From Octopus bimaculoides (Eukaryota): a stretch of 64,000 nucleotides of DNA. The notes under the pieces are model-generated. The model did no database searches. It was not told where the DNA came from and saw only the letters and a program-made list of their open reading frames with translations. This document shows, piece by piece, positions 15,001 to 24,044 of the stretch. A program made the position numbers and the translations under genes. The first letter of the stretch is position 1, and each line of letters begins with the position of its first letter. Location: NCBI RefSeq assembly GCF_001194135.2, contig NC_068984.1:114780286-114844285 (forward strand). The letters run 5' to 3'.

Positions 15001-18000
15001 CACCAACTTAAACAAGGAGACCATCCAGAAGAGTTACAGGAAATTCCAAAGTCATCTGGAGGCCATGGCTGAAGCCAATGGCAATTTTATTGAATAAATT
15101 TATTCTTTAGTATTTCAAAATATTTTAATGTAATTTTGGTAAATATATGTTAAAATGTGATGTCAGTGTTACTTTCATTTTTGTGTAATTTAGATGACAG
15201 TTTATTCACCATACCCTTTATATACAATGGGCTTTTTTCAGTTTCCATGTAGCAAATCCACTCATTATCATTTCTATGTCATTATCAGTAAGGTACTATC
15301 AAAGAAATTTTAAAAAATGATGTGTATAACATTTATAATGTATGTACAAATATTGAATGGCAACTAGCTGAAATATTTTGTGTCTGAGAAACTTCTTGAA
15401 GATACTTATGTGTTTAAAAAAACACACGTTTTCATATACATTACAAATATTATTTTCCAGTTATAAACTGATGTCACAAGAACGAAAGCATGTTCAGCTC
15501 ACAACTGAAAATAGTAGTGGTATAAGAAAAGCAGAACATTATTTATCCAAAATATGTGGGTCCAGAATGATTTTGGATTTCAGAATGATTGTATATTTAT
15601 ATCTATAAATTACTGCATGTAAATTTTCAATTTAAGTAGACTGCAAGGAATGGAGCCATCTAAGTTGCCTAAGAACACAGTGAAGATATTTGCTAACACA
15701 CTCACACTCACTCACATATGGAAGGTAAAAATATGTAAGATTCCATTTACCTAATATCACCTAAACATACACAACAGATAAGAATCTTGATTTGACCAGC
15801 TTTGGTTGGAATTGGTGTAGCTGAAGTAATGACATTTCCTTGGAGAGGCTACAAGTAAGAAATAGATTAATAGAATATTAGATTATTAAAAAAACACGCA
15901 AAACAAAAAAAAAAAAACAAATAAGAAAATGTTCCTTTTAAAATCTTTAGGTTAATAAATTCACATTAGCAGTATTCGTGGAAATTTTGAGTTACTCTGA
16001 AAGCTGTAAATGGTTAGAAATTTATAAGAAAACCATGAAATATATCCTTACATATATATCTACATATATACATACTGACATACATAAATATACATATTCA
16101 TACATTCAATGTAGAGAGCTTTCAATGAGTATTTCATATACTTCAAACATTCCTTAAACAAACGTTTTCCACTTCCATATTCCCTTCAGTAAGTACACTC
16201 TATCACTCCTTTTGCCTCTCCTTTCCTCTATATCACAACCTCCTATGATAAAAATGTTCTATTGCACTCTTTCTCTCCAACTCTTCTTTCACCTGACTAT
16301 TTAACTGCATAACACAACAGAAATCACTTTCTCCTAGCTCTTATCACTAATACTCTTCTCTGTTTCTCTTTTTCCCCCTCTTCTTTCAAATAATCATGTG
16401 ACAGCATCACATATTAAGCCTTAGCATATTAACATATAGATACTAAGGACCTTTTACATCGATTTTGAAAGAGGTTTGATCCGAGATCATAGCAAGAAAC
16501 TCAATCTGTTTTCTTGTTACATAGGAATAAAACATCAGTAACAAGGTCGTACATTTATTAATGTACTTCGTAAATTTACACTAAAAAAATAATAAAACAA
16601 GACATTCAAATAATAACTATAATAATACTACACTCTCTGAGTGGTTGGCGTTAGGAAGGGCATCCAGCTGTAGAAACTCTGCCAAATCAGATTGGAGGCT
16701 GGTGTTGCCATCCGGTTTCACCAGTCCTCAGTCAAATCGTCCAACCCATGCTAGCATGGAAAGCGGACGTTAAACGATGATGACGATGATGATGAATAAT
16801 ATCTTCTTCAGTTAGATGACTTCAGCATCAAAATTAAATACATGAACTAAATTTCTAATTATGCTCAAATAAACAGGGAGTTTAAATATATGTCTTGGGA
16901 CCATACTTTGGTCTAATTCATATCAAGACACTATACTTTCAAAATAAATAGAAAGAATCTGACACAGCATTTTTTGTTAGTAAACTTCAGACGTATGTAA
17001 CCTTTCAGAGATATTGTAATCTTTCTATAGGGGGAGATAATTGTTAGCTTTATATAGACAGATGGCTATAACAAGATAAATATAAAAGAAATGGTGAATA
17101 TGACTGGTGCTTAATTTTATTTTCTTTCAGATTAAGTGAGTGAAAGATGTATCTCACCAGGACAGTACACAAATCTATTAAGGAGCTTCTTCAAAAAGTG
17201 TTAGTGCTACATGAACTGTAATACGGTACACAATTTCCTGCTCAGACACACAAGTCTACTTTTTAAATGCACACATTTTCTATAACGTGCAAGTGTACAT
17301 CATAGTTCATTTACTTAGTGGATTCTCTCATCACTGCTTCGGCAAGCGTGGTGAAGAGGTTTAATAATGTCAGTTCTTGAAGAAATAGAAACAGGATTTC
17401 TGGTAACTATTAGGCAGAGAGAGCTACAATATTTGGCGCATGTCATCAGTGCCTAGCATCTCAGTACTTTATATTCAACATAGAAGATTCAATAGGAAAT
17501 GAGAAAGAGAGAGACTAAGAAGACACTGGTTCTACAACATCATAATATGGACCAGAAGGCCTCTGGCTGAAAATACAACCATGATCAGAATCAAGAATCA
17601 ATGGAGAGAGAAATATTGCAAGCATCCATTGCCCCTGACCTTCAACAGTAGGGATGGGAGTAGACAAGACAAGGTAATAAGAAATATAAGTTATTTACAT
17701 TTACCAGCTGAGTCTCTGGACATTTGTCAAAAGACTTTTCTGTAAAGACATTAACATCAGTTGATTTGTCTTTTTCACTTAACAAAGGACCCATCAATGA
17801 ACTGAGTGTTGTCGTTTCATCTTCCTCCTCATCATCCTCATCATCATCATCATCGTCGTCGCTTGGCTCATGGGCAGCATCAGGGTACTTGAGTTCAGAA
17901 CCAGGAACACTCCGATCAGAATCACTTGCATCATCTTCTTCCTTAATAGATATGTCGCTTCCAGAGTCAGATCCTAGAAATAATTAATATCATATATAAT

Positions 18001-18010
18001 TATAAATAAA

Positions 18011-18043
<33 letters not shown>

Positions 18044-21000
18044 GTAATGAGTATGTAGGGATAAATTATCCAGGTGAGTACCATCATAGATCTCAGGTAT
18101 ATTCCAGGTTCTAATTAACCACATCAAGTAGTAATAAACATTAATGATTGCTTAGTGTGAGCAATCATGCTGTAATTTTTTTGGTGGGTAAGTTCAGGTT
18201 TGCTTCTCTAGATTATGAATATTTTGAAGAGTGTAAATACAGAGACTGTACATCTNNNNNNNNNNNNNNNNNNNNNNNNNNNNNNNNNNNNNNNNNNNNN
18301 NNNNNNNNNNNNNNNNNNNNNNNNNNNNNNNNNNNNNNNNNNNNNNNNNNNNNNNNNNNNNNNNNNNNNNNNNNNNNNNNNNNNNNNNNNNNNNNNNNNN
18401 NNNNNNNNNNNNNNNNNNNNNNNNNNNNNNNNNNNNNNNNNNNNNNNNNNNNNNNNNNNNNNNNNNNNNNNNNNNNNNNNNNNNNNNNNNNNNNNNNNNN
18501 NNNNNNNNNNNNNNNNNNNNNNNNNNNNNNNNNNNNNNNNNNNNNNNNGTACCAGCTATGCACTGGGGGGGGTCAATGTAATTGACTTAAACCCTAGGTC
18601 TGTCCTTGTTTGTCCCCTATATGTTTAGTCCCCTGTGGGCAATAAAGAAATATATATATATATATATCAAGAGATAATATTTATCTCCACTTAAATATGG
18701 ATGTTCTATTAGAAGAAACTATACTGCAGTAGTTACCATGAGAGAAACTCTTATATTGGCTTTTGGTGTTTATATCGTTAGCATAGAAATAAATTCCCAC
18801 CACCTCCATATATACATCATACACATACACACACACGTGTGTGTGTGTATTTATTTCTGTACTTCTTCCTTTTACTCTTGCACTCTCTGTCAATGGTACC
18901 ATATAACAACAAGAATTATTATTATAGTTAGGCTGGGCTTGTGCCAAAATTTGAAACCATTATTATGGCTATATGAATTATTTATCAATAATTATTAGTA
19001 ATGAACATTCATCTAACGACTCACACACATAAAAGATTATTGATTATCAATAACTGTGTACAAGGTCGGTGGTCAGTATCATCAGTCACCATATTTACTA
19101 GCCAAAACAGTGGACAATCAAGTCAACTCTAGTCTTGTAGTCTTTCCATTTCTTCCAAAGGTCATTTATCAATATTTTATATACCAAGTCTAAAGGGACA
19201 TAACAAAATACCAGTAAGAACTTATGCTTACCATTGCACCAGATCCCATTTTGTTTAGGACAAATAATGACAAAAAAAAAAAAAAAAAAAATTTGTGGCC
19301 AATACCAGTGTCATGCAGCTGGCACATAAAAAGCACCCTTCAAATGTTGGGTGATATGCTGTGCTTGAGAAGACCCGTCAAGCCAAGTGAAATCATAGTT
19401 GTGGCCGATGCCAGTGTTGCATAACTGGTAACTATGCTGGTGACATGTAAAAATCACAGTTTCAAACATTGGGCCTCACACAAGCAGAGACAAGTGACCG
19501 AGACCTTTGGTGATATACCATGCTGAGATCGTAGTCATGGCTGATGCCGGTGTTGTGTAACTGATACATGTGCTGGAGGCACATAAAAAGCATCCATTAC
19601 ACTCTTGGACTGGTTGGCATTAGGAAGGGTATCCAGCTGTAGAAACCATGCCAAAGCAGATTGGAACCTGATGCAGCTCCCCAACTTACCAGTTTTCAGC
19701 CAAACCGTCCAACCCATGCCAGATGGAAAATAGATGCTAAATGATGATGATGATGATGATGATATACCTTTCACATGTTTTTCAACTTCGAAGTCACTAT
19801 CGTCTTCACTATCATCTAATCCTCCAAAATCTATCTGTATTAGGTGCTTTTGAACAGGTTTTACACGCCGTTTCCGAGGGTCCCGTTGAACTGAAAAATA
19901 ATAACAAAATTTAGAAAATAAATAAGATTTTTACAAAATTAATAGAATGACATAAATATATACTTTATATACATATATACATTAATGCCTCGATATGCAA
20001 GTTAATTTGTTCCTGGAGACCGCTTGTAAAGCAGAGTAATAATTTCCCATGGTAGTAATGTTATAAATTGTAATTCGGTCTCCGAAAAATATTTTACCTA
20101 TAAAATTTATAATATTCATAAATAAATGGCAATAAAACAACAATAAGATGTAAAGAATATTTTGTGTAAATAAAAAAGAATGTTAAGATCATTTATAATA
20201 AAAAATATTATTATTATAATTGTTTTCTGAATCACTTTCACTCGCACTAGACTTGCACATACCCTCTCACTTGTAGACGTGATCGGCAATTCACAAGCAC
20301 TTGTAGACATCATGATCATCATCATCCTCGTTTAATGTCCGCTTTCCATGCTAGCATGGGTTGGACGATTTGACTGAGGACTGGTGAACCAGATGGCTAC
20401 ACCGGGCTCCAATCTGATTTGGCAGAGTTTCTACAGCTGGATGCCTCCTGCAGTTGTCTTACTACAAATATAGTATCAGTGGTGCTTTTCCCTGGCACGA
20501 ACCCAAACTGCATCTCATCTAAACTGACTCTCTCCCTAATTAGTTGGGCTATGACCCTCTCCATGACTTTCATTACCTGATCCAACAACTTGATACCTCT
20601 GTAATTATTTGTATCTAAAGCGTCACCTTTACCTTTGTAGCAGTTGACTATGGTGCTGCTACTCCAGTCATTGGGTATGACTCCTTCGTGTATCACCTGG
20701 TTCGTAATATGGGTGACTAGGCTATAGCCGACACTGCCAGATATTTTGAGCATCTCTGCAGTGATTCCTGATGGGCCAGGGGCTTTCCCTGTCTTCATAC
20801 TCTNNNNNNNNNNNNNNNNNNNNNNNNNNNNNNNNNNNNNNNNNNNNNNNNNNNNNNNNNNNNNNNNNNNNNNNNNNNNNNNNNNNNNNNNNNNNNNNNN
20901 NNNNNNNNNNNNNNNNNNNNNNNNNNNNNNNNNNNNNNNNNNNNNNNNNNNNNNNNNNNNNNNNNNNNNNNNNNNNNNNNNNNNNNNNNNNNNNNNNNNN

Positions 21001-22453
21001 NNNNNNNNNNNNNNNNNNNNNNNNNNNNNNNNNNNNNNNNNNNNNNNNNNNNNNNNNNNNNNNNNNNNNNNNNNNNNNNNNNNNNNNNNNNNNATACTAG
21101 CAGCTAAGCCCGGTTTCACCTAGTCAGTTTGGATGATGTGGCTATAAAACCTGCTCTGTGTAAGCACTCGACTTGTTTGGGCATGCTTACATTAAAAAAC
21201 AATTTTAGAATGACTTTTTTCTGTCAAAACGCTAAAAATAACTGACCAAGAAAAAAAAAAAAACCCCAAATACTAAGCAAAGATGAACCATCCCATAAAT
21301 ATACACACACACGTGTGTGTATGTGTGCATATATCAACTTATTTGTAATTCTCCTTATAGAAAGGTCCAGGTTATTCATTGTTTGATAGGCTCATGGAAT
21401 TGCCCAGACATAATATTTTGTACAGCAGACTCTTCTTCCATTTCCTCAAAGCCTTTAACGTCTCTTGGAGGCACAGCTTCAAGCCATGCTGAGCTCCAAG
21501 CAGCATGTAAACAACATACTGAAACCTCCTTCCAAACAGCTACAATCATTAACACTGCTATTGAACTTATTTTTCAAATAGTCTTTTCGGGTCACATCAT
21601 TGGAAGAAGTGGCCTGAATACATTTTCAAAAGAGAGTCTTTGTATAAAGTTTTTTTTTTGTTGCTTTTTTTACATTTGAAATGACCTGCTGGTACATGAG
21701 CATAAGAGAGGAAGTTTTGTTGGTAGGTAGGAATAGCACTTTTACAAAACTAAAGTGTTCTGGTTATTGGTCCATCAAATAATGAGGGTAGGTTGGGTAT
21801 TATCCATGATTACTATGGCTAATAGGGGAAGAGTGTTGTCTGTGAGGTACTCATGCACAGTGGGGTAAAACACCTCAGATAACCAGTCAGCAAAAAGATC
21901 TCTGATCACTCAAACTTTGTGCTTCAACCACCACAAAACACCAAGGTAGTTCTTATAAACGTCTCTGAATGCTCTGGGGTTTTCTGAATGGTAAATGAAA
22001 AGACGTTTTACCTTACAGCCCTCAGAAATAAGGTCAACAGGTCTTTCATCAGCCTGACTGAACTCTCCCACTTAATATTCCACAAAGCATCTTCGTTTGT
22101 GGTTCGTTAATCAAATTTTAGTTCATCATACGAGTTTAATTTTCTTTAGAAAAAACGTTCGTTATTCAATTTGTTCATTGGAGAACCGGTCATATATGTG
22201 AACACAACAGTATATGTGTGGGTATTTTTTAATTGACAAATGTTAGAAAAGTGACTCAAGGGCAGAAAGTCTCATGCATGGTATCTATCAAAAGAAATTG
22301 TTAAGCCTTGACTTATTTTTGCAACTTTCTGAATACATACATACATAAACACACACACACGTGTTTGTACATGTTATATATATTCATATATGGGTTAGTG
22401 CCATGCACGAAACTTTCAGCCTTTGAGTCAGTTTGTAACTTCTGTTAATTAGA

Positions 22454-22484
<31 letters not shown>

Positions 22485-22770
22485 TATTCATGTTTAAATA
22501 TTCACACACATACGTACATATGTGTGTGTGTGTGTGTGTGGAGGTGGGGGAAGAAATAAAGAGATGTTCTGATGTAGTGTTTAACTTTAGAAATATTTAG
22601 AGAATTAACCGACTGAAAAATATTGGAGAATGGAAACTGAAACACACACACAAATGCGTAATCAGTAAATGTATAACTACAAAGCCGGTTTTTTTACATT
22701 ATGCAACATCTTTTATGGCCTATGTCTTCTAATTCTAGTAACCGCGTAAAACTAGTAGGGTTGGAACAAG

Positions 22771-22806
<36 letters not shown>

Positions 22807-23700
22807 CAATAATAAAGTCTGGAAATTTTAATCAATTTTCGATACTGCAGAACTTCATCTTTCAAGAATTACAAGGCTTCTTTTGATGCGTCAATGTTCT
22901 GATTAGAAGCACCAATTGGACAGAATTTCAAGAAATTGTCTAATTGATAATAGCATCAGATCTTTTAAAAAATATCAGCATGATTAATAAAGGAAAATAA
23001 TATAAATCATAGAACAAAGGAATATAAGTATGTCCAGGAGAAATTATTTCTTTGGAACTGCAACAAGCTTCTTGTAATGTTGGACTTAGGTAACCCATGG
23101 CTGCGGGTGATTTATCAATCATGTGCAAACTTCAGGCCATTTTCATAAAGGCACAATCTGCTATTGCATAATTTTGTTGATTTTTTTTTTGTTTTTCTTT
23201 TTTCATTATTCGAAATTAACCAAATTCTTTAATAATTTTAGAAATCAAACTGAAAGTCAAGTAAAAGCGAAAAAAAAAATGTACTAATTTATTTCTCGAA
23301 ATGTGATAATCAATTAACAATATTTCAAACTGAAACACTAATTTCTACATTAAAAAAATCAGAACAAAACAATTTTCTATAGAGTTGGTCATAAAAAAAA
23401 AAGAAACAAGAAACGAACAAAAGGAAAGTTGTATGTGTTTGCTATAAGTTTATCTGTTTTGAGAATAGAGTTAATGATTAGCGAAAGAGGAGATTAGATG
23501 CAAAAACAGAAAGGCATTTCCAAGAAATAACCGGCTTTTACCAATTCCATTCCCAAATGTCACAGCAGAAAATTAGAGCCGAAATCCCGTGAGAGTAACA
23601 AGAGATGGATGTAAAACAAAGACATAAACTACTTACGCATTGTTTTATATAAAAAGCCCACACTAGGGTCAACACCGTCTATACTTAAATCTTCAGACAT
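1737..23700 (-). CDS. PHF14: PHD finger protein 14 (PZP-domain chromatin reader), first 12 coding exons; 3' part missing from the window
   Basis: Exons: 23637-23700, 19768-19890, 17705-17973, 15751-15848, 13398-13453, 10700-10800, 9093-9148, 6586-6697, 5678-5772, 4000-4048, 3024-3164, 1737-1812. All are GT-AG and phase-compatible (1240 nt, 413 codons +1). Translation includes MLQRDPRKRRVKP, DDSEDDSDF, an acidic tract, [128 protein letters not shown]. This matches the PHD1-Zn knuckle-ePHD2 module of human PHF14 as I recall it. Confidence 0.96.
3955..3993. repeat. (AGT)n microsatellite abutting a PHF14 splice donor
   Basis: Run ends a few nt from the exon 4000-4048 donor. Many other (TA)n, (CA)n, (GA)n, (AAT)n and (TAGA)n runs occur throughout. 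Confidence 0.9.
4708..5093 (-). mobile_element. tRNA-derived SINE, family A (about 385 bp), with 12-bp TSD
   Basis: Pol III A-box/B-box head (TGGCCCAGTGG..GGTTTCGATTCC), (CAA)n tail, TSD TACTTAATGTGT at 4696-4707 and 5094-5105. Confidence 0.9.
8566..8786. mobile_element. hAT/Charlie-type MITE (221 bp)
   Basis: Perfect 14-bp TIR CAGTGGTTCTCAAC...GTTGAGAACCACTG. The 8-bp flanks share only the TAG ending (degenerate TSD). Confidence 0.8.
10924..11971 (+). mobile_element. Helentron-associated (HINE/DINE-1-like) element with internal foreign segment
   Basis: ACCTCTGCC near the 5' end (10947-10955) recurs in the 3' terminal 12-bp stem TACCTCTGCCTT-CGCT-AAGGCAGAGGTA (11944-11971). AAAGTTTCATCCAAATCC..ACAGACAAACAAACAC precedes the hairpin, as is typical of HINEs. 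Family assignment is inference. Confidence 0.6.
11200..11410 (-). mobile_element. Ty3/Gypsy integrase C-terminal (GPY/F) fragment
   Basis: WTHVFVRNNVVKTLLVAPYAGPFCFLSHTDNCFTIDFNGRKNT + frameshift + VDRLKKAFIE matches the THVFVR..PY.GPF.V..F.ID.NGR..VS.DRLKPAF consensus. Confidence 0.75.
12011..12560 (+). mobile_element. About 530-bp (TAA)n-tailed retroposon-like element
   Basis: Higher-complexity segment bounded on both sides by (AAT)n runs (11971-12010 and 12544-12560). Confidence 0.45.
12640..13050 (-). mobile_element. CR1-like LINE 3' end
   Basis: HGHTYEIKRQH..FRNTF (RGH..KL..R..FF motif). The same 3' UTR recurs at about 37880-38065. Confidence 0.6.
13519..13740. mobile_element. TTAA-flanked piggyBac-like MITE, family E (about 220 bp)
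   Basis: TTAA at 13515-13518 and 13741-13744, ends (T/C)CCTTT...GGG. Related copies at about 1150-1320, 27080-27239, 28850-29446 (split by a SINE B), 49430-49593 and 59850-60049, several ending AAAGGG-TTAA. Confidence 0.75.
14347..15218 (+). mobile_element. Internally deleted DD37D (maT-type) Tc1/mariner element
   Basis: TA flanks at 14345-14346 and 15219-15220; imperfect TIRs CAGGGTGTGATGGGTAAATTGTC / rc AAGGGTATGGTGAATAAACTGTC. ORF 14603-14923 has WQQDSAPCH..WPSNSPDCNPLDY with exactly 37 residues between the second and third Asp. Confidence 0.9.
17330..17560 (+). mobile_element. Degenerate RTE LINE C-terminal fragment
   Basis: Translates as FLVTIRQRELQYLAHVI...KI..RKR.RLRRHW.YNI, like the RTE post-RT tail, with stops and frameshifts. 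Confidence 0.6.
19980..22213 (-). mobile_element. Second decayed Tigger/TIGD1-like element in PHF14 intron 1, interrupted by the RTE insertion and a gap
   Basis: Minus-strand remnants at about 21360-22030: RLFIYHSENPRAF, LFADWLSEVFYPTVHEYL, IMDN, FLPTNKTSSL..YQQVISN. Degenerate TIR-like ends near 19980 and 22213; boundaries approximate. Confidence 0.65.
20308..20803 (-). mobile_element. Internally deleted RTE LINE: RT N-terminal fragment joined to family D tail
   Basis: Uninterrupted frame MKTGKAPGPSGITAEMLK..YKGKGDALDTNNYRGIKLLDQVMKVMERV..QFGFVPGKSTTDTIFVVRQLQE (RTE-type RT) running straight into GCATCCAGCTGTAGAAAC and the (GAT)n tail. The 5' side runs into an N gap. Confidence 0.9.
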
Positions 23701-24044
23701 TTTATTAGCAATTTTCACAATTCCCAGTTGTTAATATTTTGGTTCAACACATAACATAGTGGTATACATAACCGGAAGTTAACCTCTATAACATCGGAGA
23801 AAAAAGACCTAAAATAATTATTTAAGAAAAAAATATATAAAGTCAACATATAAATAGAAAAAAATTAAATCATATCATAAATATTAATTTGATTAAATAT
23901 TTAGTGCTCATAAAATAACTACTAATATTGTAGTTACTGCAAACCTTAAATCTACCTCCGGTCACTGATCTCATCTGTCGACGTTCGTGGAAGCTTCATC
24001 TCTGGTAAATTGTTCAAAGGGGAACTTTTGAATTTCAACTAACA
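23701..24044. promoter_or_regulatory. Putative bidirectional promoter/5'UTR region of PHF14 and NDUFA4
   Basis: 344 bp between divergent ATGs and free of repeats. Contains ACAATTCCCAG (23717-23727), ETS-type CCGGAAGT (23772-23779) and reverse ACTACA (23929-23934). Promoter function is inferred from geometry. Confidence 0.75.

Noticed and set aside
22800-23170. Coding-looking minus-strand stretch in PHF14 intron 1
   Set aside because: Stops in all frames, no recognisable family, and exon 1 splices cleanly to exon 2 without it.
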